Origin: an uncultured virus (IMG/VR IMGVR_UViG_3300028490_000394)
Lineage: Duplodnaviria; Heunggongvirae; Uroviricota; Caudoviricetes
Direction: 5' to 3' (one strand)
Length of the DNA: 64,000 nt
IMG/VR virus record: IMGVR_UViG_3300028490_000394
Of this stretch, positions 10,020 to 19,624 are shown piece by piece. The translations under genes and the position numbers were made by a program. The number at the start of each line of letters is the position of its first letter. Positions within the stretch are counted from its first letter, which is position 1. The notes under the pieces were generated by a model. That model did no database searches, was not told the DNA's origin, and saw only the letters and a program-made list of their open reading frames with translations.

Positions 10020-10110
10020 TTTTAGCCTTTCATTTATAGGCCTGTAGTATAACTTAACTTTCCTTAAGTCTTGGTTATTTAAAGGCCAAGTGGCCTTTAA
10101 CTTTCACTAA

Positions 10111-11346
10111 TTATGGATCAAACGCTTGTATCTTTTTTACTGATTTTTCTGCATTTATTTTACCATATGCATATGTATCATTCCAACCAGTATTATCATA
10201 ACTTACTTCACCTATCTTTTCTGCTCCTGATCTCAGTGCATTGTATACTGTATCTGGGTTAGCATAATGCCCTGTACTTCTCATTAAACCAACTATCCCT
10301 GCTGCTACAGGTGTTGCTGCTGACGTTCCTGCAAAGAATGTATAGTCTTTATTTTTAAGTGTATTTAATTGATCTTTATTAAACCCGTCGTCTCCTATAT
10401 CGTCTATTGTTATTAAACCATATTCTCCTGCTGGTGCTAAAAAGTCTACATTTTTTCCATAGTTTCCATAACTTGTTATTTTATTCTTTTCTGAACTTGA
10501 AGATATTCCTATTACTGAGGTGTCTTCACATTCGTCATTGATTCCTGGTTGGTCCAAACTTGCGCCGTCATTTCCACATGCAAATAGGGTTACTATATCT
10601 GCGTCTTTCATTTCTTTTAGAATGTTTTTTGTTACGTCTGTTATATTTTTTGTTCCCCAACTACAAGAGATAACTTTTGCGCCATGTTCTTTTGCATATC
10701 TAAATGCATTAATTATTGCTTGTTGATTTGGTGCTAACTTTATAAGTATTAGTCTTGCATTCGGTGCTGAACCCATTACTCCAAATCCATTATCTGAACC
10801 TGCTATTAAACCTGCTACTTGTGTACCATGTCTTTGATCACCTGCTTCTAGAGATACGTCTTTTGAACCATTCCCTGCATTATATGTATCGTAAACATTA
10901 TCTACTAAATCTTCATGATATTGGTCAAATCCTGAATCTATTACTGCTATAATAATTCCATTCCCTTTGTTTGACGCTTTCCATGCTTGATCTACATATG
11001 AACCAGCGTCATTATCTGCCCAGCTTGCTGAATGTCTAGAATGTAGGTGCCATTGGTATGGATAGTAATTATTATTTGTATGTCCTGGTGTTGGTCCTGG
11101 ATCTGGTGTTGGTTCTTCCAAATCAGGATCTTCTTCGACAGGGTCTTCTGGACTTGGTGTTGGTGTTGGACACCCTACACATGGTGCTTCTGTATCTCCG
11201 TCTCCTGTACCAGTGTCTGGAGCAGTTGGCTTACCTGGTGCTTCAACTGGATTATCCGGATTTTCTGCTGGTTTATCTGTTCCACTTCCACAAGCACTTA
11301 ACATTAACATTGCCATTATACTTACTATTAAATATTTTAATTTCAT
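10111..11346 (-). CDS. S8 subtilisin-like serine protease, lipoprotein
   Basis: Lipobox LSAC; Pro/acidic linker; IDSG, HGT, GTSAATP triad. Confidence 0.92.
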   Translation of the reverse strand: MKLKYLIVSIMAMLMLSACGSGTDKPAENPDNPVEAPGKPTAPDTGTGDGDTEAPCVGCPTPTPSPEDPVEEDPDLEEPTPDPGPTPGHTNNNYYPYQWHLHSRHSASWADNDAGSYVDQAWKASNKGNGIIIAVIDSGFDQYHEDLVDNVYDTYNAGNGSKDVSLEAGDQRHGTQVAGLIAGSDNGFGVMGSAPNARLILIKLAPNQQAIINAFRYAKEHGAKVISCSWGTKNITDVTKNILKEMKDADIVTLFACGNDGASLDQPGINDECEDTSVIGISSSSEKNKITSYGNYGKNVDFLAPAGEYGLITIDDIGDDGFNKDQLNTLKNKDYTFFAGTSAATPVAAGIVGLMRSTGHYANPDTVYNALRSGAEKIGEVSYDNTGWNDTYAYGKINAEKSVKKIQAFDP

Positions 11347-11350
11347 TATA

Positions 11351-11749
11351 TTATCTCCAACTCATTTTTTGTTCTATATCTGGTTGTGCAAACTCTGTTT
11401 GATTTGATTCATACAATCTATTTGCTACACTGAGAGCCTCTTCTTCTGAAGATACTGTTATTTTGTACATTTCACCCATGACATGTTCTGTCTTTAGGCC
11501 CTTTAGAATACTTTTATCTGCCCCTTCTTTCATTTTGAAGAAAACTCTATTGTTTACTACAGTCTTTGTCACTCTTTCTGATTTATATGCTCTAGTGGTC
11601 CCAGATTCTTGTTTCTCTACTTTTAATGGGGTTAGATATACTTTCTTACCATTGTTGTAATAATAACGTTCATTTGATTCTGCTAATGCAGCGGTTGATA
11701 GTAGAGCTAGTGTTGCACAGCCTAATATCGTTAGTTTTAGTTTCTTCAT
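11351..11749 (-). CDS. Secreted protein, possible stand-alone protease propeptide
   Basis: Signal peptide; directly upstream of S8 gene, which lacks an evident propeptide. Confidence 0.6.
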   Translation of the reverse strand: MKKLKLTILGCATLALLSTAALAESNERYYYNNGKKVYLTPLKVEKQESGTTRAYKSERVTKTVVNNRVFFKMKEGADKSILKGLKTEHVMGEMYKITVSSEEEALSVANRLYESNQTEFAQPDIEQKMSWR

Positions 11750-11831
11750 TAAATATTCCTTATTTTTTTTTGATAGTGTCATTATACACTTTTTTATATT
11801 CAATAAAGCTTATTTTTGATTTAATTTTTTT

Positions 11832-11871
11832 ACGTACGATAATATCGTCGTACGACAGAGTTATCGTACGT
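11832..11871. repeat. Inverted repeat with three CGTACG palindromes at 16-bp period
   Basis: ACGTACGATAA...GTCGTACGAC...TTATCGTACGT. Confidence 0.8.
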
Positions 11872-11907
11872 TGGTAAATCTATACTCCCGAGAGGGAGAT
11901 AGTTTGC

Positions 11908-12951
11908 TTAAGCAATAAGACCTTTTACGTGATTAAACGCTTCTTCTGCTGTAAGTTTATTTCTTCTTGTATCAATGTCTGCTAGAAAGCCACCTGACGC
12001 ACAAGGGTGTCCTCCACCATTAAAGAATTTTTGACACATTTTATCAACATGCGTTTCTTCTTTTAATGCTCTTAGACTTACTGTTGCTCTATCTGATACA
12101 TTCATTACAAATTCTGTACCATGTTTCTTCATATACATATGAGAGAATTCTTGAAACTGTCCGTCAATACCAAAAAATAAAACACCTTTTACTCCATTGA
12201 TTGTGATTTCTGTATAAAGATCTTCTCTTTTTTCAATGATCGGTAGTAGATATTTTGTAATCGCAATGTGTAGTGGCATATTTCTATCATTATCAAAAAG
12301 ATTTCTTTTGATTACATATATTTGTTCTTCTACGTCGTAAATGAACTTATACTGTACAAATTTTTTACCAACTTCAAACATAAGGTTTAACATATATAGG
12401 TTTTCTTCTGCAGCCAGTGCTTTTGGAAAGATACCTTTATTGTCAAACAATGATTGAGAGAATGCGCGTGCTTTATCAAAGTGTTCGTCTTCTTCAATCC
12501 ACATGTCATTAACATTAATCAAATGTACAATATCTTTAAGATCACTGTTCATTGTTTTAAAGTATTCTAGTGTTAGCATTGTTGCACATTTGGTTGTATC
12601 TAGATTATACCATTCAAACTTTTCAGCTGCTGGTTTACCTGTACCATGGTGATCAATTAAAAGTAGAGTGAATCCAATTTCTTTTGATTTTGTGTCAACT
12701 GCTGTTGCTTGTTCCATGGTTAAGTTTAGATCTGTGATCAGTAGCATATCGTCTTTTGTAATATCTTTGTAAATTAATTCAAAGTTTTCGTCAATCTTTT
12801 TCCCATAATTTGAGTTAAAGAATCTCATACAATTTTCTCCAAATGTTTTTAGTGTCACAATCTGTGCACCGTAACCGTCTAGGTCTGTATGACTTAGGTG
12901 GAACATGTTATTGAATTGTTTTGTATCTTGGTTGAATATGTCTTTTTGCAT
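11908..12951 (-). CDS. DHH family phosphoesterase
   Basis: HTDLDG, ITDL, IDHH, GGGH motifs. Confidence 0.9.
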   Translation of the reverse strand: MQKDIFNQDTKQFNNMFHLSHTDLDGYGAQIVTLKTFGENCMRFFNSNYGKKIDENFELIYKDITKDDMLLITDLNLTMEQATAVDTKSKEIGFTLLLIDHHGTGKPAAEKFEWYNLDTTKCATMLTLEYFKTMNSDLKDIVHLINVNDMWIEEDEHFDKARAFSQSLFDNKGIFPKALAAEENLYMLNLMFEVGKKFVQYKFIYDVEEQIYVIKRNLFDNDRNMPLHIAITKYLLPIIEKREDLYTEITINGVKGVLFFGIDGQFQEFSHMYMKKHGTEFVMNVSDRATVSLRALKEETHVDKMCQKFFNGGGHPCASGGFLADIDTRRNKLTAEEAFNHVKGLIA

Positions 12952-13070
12952 ATTATCTCCTGTATTTTTAATGAATTTTCACTTTTTCAAGTAATCTACT
13001 GTTATATTACTCTTTTTTTGCTTTATTCCTTCTTATAACAGAGCTGTAAATTTTATACAAAGGTTTTATC

Positions 13071-13235
13071 ATGTTTTACCCTTACATTTTAGTTGCTGTA
13101 CTTCTTGTACTTGCGTTCTTTAAACTTCGTGCTGCGTCTAAAAGACTCGGTCACGCTGTTCCAGCTGCTCGCTCTAAAGCTACGACTTCTAAGTCTAGCT
13201 CTCGTGCCAAAAATTCTATTGTCTACGGACACTAG
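13071..13235 (+). CDS. Small membrane-anchored protein (54 aa)
   Basis: AAAGG RBS; MFYPYILVAVLLVLAFF then basic tail; not in ORF track. Confidence 0.6.
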   Translation: MFYPYILVAVLLVLAFFKLRAASKRLGHAVPAARSKATTSKSSSRAKNSIVYGH

Positions 13236-13339
13236 GATTACCTATTCCCCCTCTCCACCCGGGAATAAGTCTACACTACCCTATTTCTCTCTTTTTCACA
13301 CTTATAACACTATTCCAAATTTTATTCAAAGGAATCTCC

Positions 13340-13582
13340 ATGAACCAACACAAAACTCTAGTTTTAAGACTAGTAGCATTCATGCTCGCGTTTTCAGCGC
13401 TTAAGAACCACGTATCAACGATCAATGATTTAATTGATATAGTTGGTCTTCTGATCGCTTTTGTTATTTTACAAGAGCAGGTTAGAGTTTCTCGTCGACC
13501 TCAACCAGGTGACATGACCTTTTTGCAAGCTATGCAGAAGGTTTATGCTAATCTTACAAGAAAGGGTACGTCATGTCAGTAG
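13340..13582 (+). CDS. Small membrane protein
   Basis: AAGGA RBS; two hydrophobic segments. Confidence 0.65.
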   Translation: MNQHKTLVLRLVAFMLAFSALKNHVSTINDLIDIVGLLIAFVILQEQVRVSRRPQPGDMTFLQAMQKVYANLTRKGTSCQ

Positions 13583-14004
13583 TAGTTCAGATAGGCCTAC
13601 TTACAGGCTTAATCGCTTGCTCTTGCGCACTTGTTGCGTATGGGGCTGTTCTATATATGGAACACCAGACTTTAAAAAGAACTATGCAAAAGCACGGTCT
13701 CTCTTTCTAAACCGCTATGTCCCTCCTGGGACCAACCTTCTTTTCAATCCTATAACAGTTTTTACATAAAATTTTAAAGGATACATTATGACACTTCTCA
13801 TTCTTACTAGCTCGTCACTTTTTGTTGCTGCAGCTGTAACTATTGGTGCTATCAGTGCTAAGATTCTAGAATCTATGGCCTGTTAAGCTTCAAACCTCAA
13901 CCCTCTCGTCCCCTTCAGGGACTAATTTCTTTTCTTAAACTAACCTTTCTCTCAGCTTACCTATGCTAGTATTCGATTATATCAAAAAATAAAAGGATCT
14001 ATTT

Positions 14005-14325
14005 ATGGCTAAGCTCGTTATCAAAATAAACATTCAATCTAAAAAAATTAATATGAAGGCGTCAGCTGGTATACAGAGATCTTTTTCTGATTTCTTAAAT
14101 AGATTCCCTGATATTCCTAATACTATTCTTATTGACTATCTGTCTTACACCCTTGTTAAAGTCGTTGAAAATTCTGAGATCTCAAAAGAGACCAAAATTC
14201 ATTCTGCTAATGATTGGGTACTTATTGTTAAAATTAAAGCTGCAATTGGTGAATTTGATAGTGGATTATCTGAACTTGCTGAAGATATTGAAAATGGCAT
14301 TCTTAATAGTAAAGTTGGTAAATAA
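14005..14325 (+). CDS. Hypothetical protein
   Basis: AAGGA RBS. Confidence 0.7.
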   Translation: MAKLVIKINIQSKKINMKASAGIQRSFSDFLNRFPDIPNTILIDYLSYTLVKVVENSEISKETKIHSANDWVLIVKIKAAIGEFDSGLSELAEDIENGILNSKVGK

Positions 14326-14326
14326 T

Positions 14327-14833
14327 ATGATCTCTGTTATTACTAAAGATAATTTTCAGGAAAGACTTCCTGTTCTTGTTCAATGCTACTTGAGCATGTT
14401 TGCTGAACCTCCATTTAACAATACTTCTATCACTGAAGAATATGCTCGTGAATTTTTTCGTAAAACATTTGAACATGGACTTATCTTTATTGACACTATG
14501 AGTGACTTTGGTAAAATTTATGGTTTTAGAACTGTTATTTCAATTGAACATTTTAAAGACCGGGAGAAATTTCATATGGTCCCTGGCTCTTACTATTTAT
14601 CAGCTCTTTGGATCAAACCTAGTATCCGGGGCCGTAATCTTGGTTCTGACCTTATGAGGGAATCTCTTCGAATTATTCGTAAGACATTTAAACCGACTAA
14701 GCTTTATGTTCGAACAAGAGAAGAAAATCTTCCTATTCAAGGTATTCTAAAAAAATACAAATTTACTAAGCTTGATACATATGAGACCATTATCAACAAT
14801 GAGCCCCTTAATCTTATTGTCTGGGAGAGGTAG
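14327..14833 (+). CDS. GNAT family acetyltransferase
   Basis: LSALWIKPSIRGRNLGSDL acetyl-CoA motif; N..Q..KYKF. Confidence 0.85.
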   Translation: MISVITKDNFQERLPVLVQCYLSMFAEPPFNNTSITEEYAREFFRKTFEHGLIFIDTMSDFGKIYGFRTVISIEHFKDREKFHMVPGSYYLSALWIKPSIRGRNLGSDLMRESLRIIRKTFKPTKLYVRTREENLPIQGILKKYKFTKLDTYETIINNEPLNLIVWER

Positions 14834-14888
14834 TTTGTCCGAGTTAATTTTATTCTTATATATTTAGTTAAATAAAAAAGGAAAATTT

Positions 14889-15374
14889 ATGAAATTAATA
14901 AATAAAAAAGGGTTCACCCTTGTGGAGCTATTATTTGTAATGGCAATTATCTCAATCTTAGCTGGTTTTGCAATTGCAAATCTTAATGATTCAACCCTAG
15001 TTGCTGAAGAAGCTTCTAACAAATCCATGTTACGTAGTAATATACCTGTAGTCAATGGTGTTCATAATAAACTATCTGAATTGGGTTATGGTTATGGTGG
15101 TGGAGGGGATTCTTTCTCTTGTACTGGTCCTAAATACATTTCTTTACATGCTGACGCACAACTCGCTTCAAATGGGCTATGTACCTTTACTGTAGGTGGT
15201 GAAAAAATTAAAATAGCTGTAAATAAACATGGTATTCTTTATTTTGATATTAATCCTGTTGGATTTATTATTCAGACTTTACCAGGCTCTGCTGTTGGTA
15301 AGGAAGCTGTTAATTATAAGCGATTTATATATTATTCTAATCAGCATGGTGCTATTGAAGTTGTTCAGAAGTAG
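14889..15374 (+). CDS. Type IV pilin-like protein
   Basis: KKG|FTLVELLFVMAIISILAGFAIANLNDST. Confidence 0.9.
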   Translation: MKLINKKGFTLVELLFVMAIISILAGFAIANLNDSTLVAEEASNKSMLRSNIPVVNGVHNKLSELGYGYGGGGDSFSCTGPKYISLHADAQLASNGLCTFTVGGEKIKIAVNKHGILYFDINPVGFIIQTLPGSAVGKEAVNYKRFIYYSNQHGAIEVVQK

Positions 15375-15969
15375 GCACTATTTCTCTTATCCCTGTAACA
15401 AAGAATACTTCGCAGGCGCCTCCGCCTGTATCATTTCTTGTTAATGAACTATTCCACTTAAAATTATTTCTTCCCTGTATATAAACCAGGTAACCTTCCA
15501 TATGGACCATGGTCCCTGCTTTTATATCTAGAGCTATATCTTCTATTTTATCATTTGCAGGAATAATATGTGTATTTGCACTTTCTTTTGCTATTATACT
15601 TTTACTTATACCTATCAACTCTGTATTCCAACGATATGTATACCAACGACTACCCTGGCTTATGCTTAATTGCTCTAAATTACGTTCGTCTGACATTCTG
15701 TTCCAACCTAGGGCAAAATCTACTGGAGATAGTTCTGACGACGCGTCTCTGTAATATCTTTCTTTACGTAGTATTTTTGCTTCAATAATATATTGTGCTT
15801 TTGGTGTTACTTGATAATCTTTGAATAGAAAAGGATCCATACTTACTTTCTTTTGAAAAGGTATGGTTTTTAATGATACACCCGGGCCGTATTCTTTTTC
15901 ACTACCAAACTGGTTATATACTGTGAACAGTATAATTATTGTTATTAGTGCTATTATTTGTTTTGGCAT
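15352..15969 (-). CDS. Membrane-anchored/exported conserved hypothetical protein
   Basis: N-terminal TM; SPVDFALGW, ANTHIIPA, SSLTRNDTGGGACE. Confidence 0.75.
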   Translation of the reverse strand: MPKQIIALITIIILFTVYNQFGSEKEYGPGVSLKTIPFQKKVSMDPFLFKDYQVTPKAQYIIEAKILRKERYYRDASSELSPVDFALGWNRMSDERNLEQLSISQGSRWYTYRWNTELIGISKSIIAKESANTHIIPANDKIEDIALDIKAGTMVHMEGYLVYIQGRNNFKWNSSLTRNDTGGGACEVFFVTGIREIVPTSEQLQ

Positions 15970-16198
15970 ATGTCAGTTCCTTTATTTTTCTATATATAGC
16001 TTTGTTTTCTTTAGCTCGGAGATTCTTGAAGAAATTGGCTAAACAGCTTCCATGCACGGAAGTTAACATGGAAGTACTCTACAAGGCGTAGATAAGCTTT
16101 TTGCCAATTGAATGTAATAGTATATCATAAATCTATTCTACTTTTAACTTATCCTTTCTTATAACAAGTTATCAACATATTAATACAAAGGATTCAAC

Positions 16199-16387
16199 AT
16201 GATTGAACATATCGAAACTCAAAGTCAATGTATTTACCTTAAAAAAGGTGAATCAGAAGCAGCTGCTGTCGTATTTAAAGAAAATGGTATTGCTAATGCA
16301 ATGATATTCTCTTTAAAAGTTGAAGAAGATCGTAAAGATTTTTCTTCTTACTTAACTAAACTAGGGTATAACGTAATTCGTTCGTAA
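16199..16387 (+). CDS. Hypothetical protein
   Basis: AAGGA RBS. Confidence 0.7.
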   Translation: MIEHIETQSQCIYLKKGESEAAAVVFKENGIANAMIFSLKVEEDRKDFSSYLTKLGYNVIRS

Positions 16388-16480
16388 TTACCCTCCTCTC
16401 CTTTCCATGGAGTTTGGTTCTTCTTTTTAACCTCGTTCTTAGCCACCCCATGGTATAATATTACATATAAAGGAACACAC

Positions 16481-16804
16481 ATGACTCACACTTTTTTTCA
16501 TACTACTTTAGCCTGTAACAAAGATTCTATTTTAACAAATGGACTTGTACCTGCTATTGGTGAACGTTCCGCTGAGCTTGGTGAACCTATTGAAAGGGTT
16601 TATCTCTTCAATTCCGAGGAAGATCTTGACAGTGCACTTGGTTCTTGGTTAGGGGATTGTTTTGAGGAGGACGATATTCTCGCTACTTTTAAAGTGATTC
16701 TTGATTTGGATACTCCAGGGTTAAAGTACGACCCTGAATTCTACGAAAGCTATTCTGACTTAGTTGTTAAGCCTGAATGCATTTCTTACTTCAAAGAAGA
16801 TTGA
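16481..16804 (+). CDS. Putative ADP-ribosyltransferase/Tpt1-like fold protein
   Basis: FHTT...SILTNGLVP...RVYL pattern. Confidence 0.5.
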   Translation: MTHTFFHTTLACNKDSILTNGLVPAIGERSAELGEPIERVYLFNSEEDLDSALGSWLGDCFEEDDILATFKVILDLDTPGLKYDPEFYESYSDLVVKPECISYFKED

Positions 16805-17017
16805 GTTTATAAATCTTAATTTTTTCTTAATTTTTTGTTTTCTGCACGTTTGTGCATGATTACATTGACTCCACTTTTGCTTCTAGCTTTAAAAATGAAT
16901 CTCGGGCGTCTAATATGCTTTTTGCATACATAGTCTCTGCAATATACGTATAATTCAAACTATCATTGAACTAGTATATATTACATAATCCTGTTATACT
17001 AAACAAAAAGGATCCCT

Positions 17018-17314
17018 TTGAATACACAACTTAAACAAATTACTTATGAACAACTTCTTATCGTCGGAGTTGGACTTAGCCTCATTATATTTTATATTGG
17101 GGCATACTTTTTCTTTTCTAATGAGGCTTATGATCGTAATTTTACTCGTGATATGGCTGTTATTGGAATAGTCAGTACTTTTGCTATAGTTCTATCTGCA
17201 AAAAAGTATAAACTTATTTGGGGTATTGGTGGTATTATTACCACTATCTTCACTACTAGCACACTTTATTATTCTACTGCCTTTATGAATACTGGTCCAG
17301 CTGTTATATTTTAG
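17018..17314 (+). CDS. Small 3-TM membrane protein
   Basis: AAGGA RBS, TTG start, hydrophobic segments. Confidence 0.7.
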   Translation: MNTQLKQITYEQLLIVGVGLSLIIFYIGAYFFFSNEAYDRNFTRDMAVIGIVSTFAIVLSAKKYKLIWGIGGIITTIFTTSTLYYSTAFMNTGPAVIF

Positions 17315-17528
17315 GGAGTTTAGGGAGGCCCAGGCCTTGGTATTGACCTGGAACTAAAAATGATAAAAATCATAGGATTACTTTTTGTGATACTATGCCT
17401 TGCAGTGCATTTAAATCGTATCACTTCTTATTATACTAAAATAAAATATAAATGTCCAGCCCCTGGCAACTTAAGCTGCTCTTCACCTTTTCTTTGCTAT
17501 AATAATACTATCAAACAAAGGATTTACA

Positions 17529-17804
17529 ATGGCTATATCAGATACACTTAAAACACAACTTCAAAATATTATTAATGAACTTGGAGGTACTTCTATTGAA
17601 TGTATAGTTGATACTGGGGCAAGTGTCTCTGTTCAACTTAGAAGTCTTGAAATGTCTCCAGGACTTGGTGGTGAACATGACCCTGATATGGAAGAGTACT
17701 TCTGTGATAAAGTTACTGCTTTATTTGAAGAATCTGAACTCACTCTGAATCACACTGTTACTGGTGGTGAAAAAGGTTATTGGGACCTTATTATTAAAAA
17801 CTAA
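17529..17804 (+). CDS. Hypothetical protein
   Basis: TGCTATAAT promoter, AAGGA RBS. Confidence 0.75.
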   Translation: MAISDTLKTQLQNIINELGGTSIECIVDTGASVSVQLRSLEMSPGLGGEHDPDMEEYFCDKVTALFEESELTLNHTVTGGEKGYWDLIIKN

Positions 17805-17833
17805 GCTTACTCTAAGCTAATCTATCTTATAAT

Positions 17834-18040
17834 ACTCCTATGCGAAAGAGATTTATCGTCCTCTTTCTTTAGGAGTAGGCACCTTACGGCTTTACAACTT
17901 CGTTGTACGAGGGTTTAGACCTTAGATAATGACTTAGCTCACATGTAGAGCACCTCATGCTTCTAGGATTTATTCTGAGGAAGTTGAGAAGATCTTACCC
18001 TCGAAAGTAAGAGTTCACACGTATGGTACACATACTACCC
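17834..18040 (+). ncRNA. Putative structured ncRNA with possible pseudoknot
   Basis: After TATAAT; several nested stems; CGAGGGT/ACCCTCG complementarity; no ORF. Confidence 0.5.
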
Positions 18041-18178
18041 CCTTACAATTTCAAATTATTATTATCCTCCAAGAATTAAGATTTAGAATCTAACGGAATT
18101 ACTTTGAGTTGTGCCTTTGGCACTTCTCAATCTATTAACTAACTTTAAGATTTATTATGTTATAATAATCTTTCATTT

Positions 18179-18250
18179 GAGTTCTTCGTCTAGCGGCCAA
18201 GGGCAACCCTATTCCAAGGGGAAACACGGGTTCAAATCCCGTAGAACTCA
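18179..18250 (+). ncRNA. tRNA-Glu-like RNA with aberrant anticodon arm
   Basis: 7-bp acceptor, GTCTAGCGG D-arm, TTCAAAT T-loop; AC arm CCCT-ATTCCA-AGGG. Confidence 0.7.
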
Positions 18251-18299
18251 ACCAATTCATTATCTGACTTTAAGGTTTGATATGGTATAATAATTTTAT

Positions 18300-18371
18300 G
18301 GTATCTTCGTCTAGTGGCCAAGGACAGACCCCGCTGGGGGGAAAACGTAGGTTCGAATCCTATAGATATCA
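18300..18371 (+). ncRNA. tRNA-Glu-like RNA with 4-nt anticodon loop
   Basis: GTCTAGTGGCCAAGGAC D-arm; CCCC-GCTG-GGGG; TTCGAAT. Confidence 0.7.
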
Positions 18372-18546
18372 ATTACATTTAATAAGTAAGGCTTTCATAA
18401 CATTGGTAGAGCCCTTGGCAATAAGCGAAATCAGAAGGTTATGTATCTGAGACGACGGTCAGGAGAACGTGAGGTTCAAAACCCACTATTTTGAGAAATG
18501 TAGAACTTTAGAGCTAAATAGTTGCAACTGTTTGGTTTTAATCTTT

Positions 18547-18686
18547 GTTGAATTAGCTCAGTTTGGAAGAGTATGTCATAAATAAGGTCACTGGTTCGAA
18601 TCCAGTATTATCCTACGGGGTACTTAGCTCAGTGGTAGAGCGTATTGCAGACAAGGTCAGAGGTTCGATTCCTTTATTTGACACCA
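18547..18686 (+). ncRNA. Double-elbow tRNA fusion RNA, copy 1
   Basis: Acceptor-D-T-(UACG-capped acceptor)-D-T-acceptor-ACCA; no anticodon loop. Confidence 0.8.
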
Positions 18687-18691
18687 TTTAA

Positions 18692-18760
18692 CGAAGTGTT
18701 GCACGAGAGAAGTGCTTGTCCTTTTTTAGGATATGGGTTAAGTCCCCATTACTTCGACCA
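18692..18760 (+). ncRNA. Minimal tRNA-like RNA, oligo-U loop, no variable loop
   Basis: CGAAGTG/TACTTCG+ACCA; three hairpins. Confidence 0.6.
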
Positions 18761-18761
18761 T

Positions 18762-18826
18762 AGAGTATCGCACGAGAGAAGTGCTTGTCCTTTTTTAGGA
18801 TACGGGTTAAATCCCCGTTACTCGTT
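18762..18826 (+). ncRNA. Tandem copy of minimal tRNA-like RNA
   Basis: GCACGAGAGAAGTGCTTGTCCTTTTTTAGGATA identical to previous unit; compensatory T-stem change. Confidence 0.55.
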
Positions 18827-18835
18827 ACAATTTAT

Positions 18836-18961
18836 GTCGACTTAGCTCAGTGGTAGAGCGCGGTGTGGTCACTGGTTCGAATCCAGTAATATCTAACGGG
18901 TATTTAGCTCAGCGGTAGAGCACGAAGAGGGTCATTGGTTCGAATCCAATAGTTGGCACCA
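18836..18961 (+). ncRNA. Double-elbow tRNA fusion RNA, copy 2
   Basis: Same order of arms as 18547..18686; ends ACCA. Confidence 0.8.
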
Positions 18962-19119
18962 TTTTAACAGCAACCTGTAAGGTTTGTTTTGTTATAATAA
19001 AACTTCAAATGGAATTGATTATTCTATTTGTAAAAATGATTAATTTTTGTAACTTTTTGATCATTGACTAAGCTTTCTGAAAGGACTGTTTAGTTATAAT
19101 ATTAAAGTTCAAAACATAT

Positions 19120-19195
19120 GTACGTTTAGCTCAGTCGGTAGAGCATATCCTATTTAAGGATAAGGCCCGTGGTTCGAATCCTCGAGGGTACACCA
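19120..19195 (+). tRNA. Atypical tRNA (nominal Lys-TTT, A at position 33)
   Basis: 76 nt; loop TATTTAA; mismatches in acceptor and T stems; exact duplicate at 19995. Confidence 0.6.
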
Positions 19196-19201
19196 ATTTA
19201 T

Positions 19202-19273
19202 GTGAATGTAGTGGAGTCTGGTAACACACTTCCTGTAAGGGAGAGATCGGAGGTTCGAATCCTTCTGTTCGCA
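19202..19273 (+). ncRNA. tRNA-like RNA with shortened anticodon loop
   Basis: CTTCC-TGTAA-GGGAG; TTCGAAT. Confidence 0.65.
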
Positions 19274-19393
19274 CAAAAAGTTTTTTACTTTTTTGTAGTA
19301 ACTAAGTATTGTTTATTTATCACTCGGGAGGCAAAGTGCCTTTTAGTTTTATTTATTTAATCTTGCAAGTTTTTACTTATGTTATTACTTTTT

Positions 19394-19463
19394 GTTAATT
19401 TAGCTGAGTTGGATTAGCTGGCCCACTATGGGTTGTACATTGGTTCGAGTCCAATAGTTAGCA
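19394..19463 (+). ncRNA. tRNA-like RNA with shortened anticodon loop
   Basis: GTTAATT/AGTTAGC acceptor; GGCCCACTATGGGTT; TTCGAGT. Confidence 0.6.
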
Positions 19464-19500
19464 CTTGCTGCAAGATCTTAATTGATCTTCAGCCACCTAT

Positions 19501-19621
19501 AGACAATTAGCTCAGTTGGTAGAGTACTTTGACTCTCAGTAGCAAGTTTTGGCCTTTAAACGCCTTAACCCTACTGATTAAGTCTTAGAGGCCAGTGGTT
19601 CAAATCCACTATTGTCTGCCA
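19501..19621 (+). ncRNA. tRNA-like RNA with ~45-nt insertion in anticodon arm
   Basis: Perfect acceptor AGACAAT/ATTGTCT+GCCA, canonical D and T arms; extended stem TCAGTAG/CTACTGA. Confidence 0.75.
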
Positions 19622-19624
19622 CTA

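Noticed and set aside
13093..13404. 103-aa ORF
   Set aside because: Alternative frame of the RBS-supported 13071..13235 gene
18692..18826. CRISPR array
   Set aside because: Only two units, each folding as a tRNA-like RNA; no cas genes
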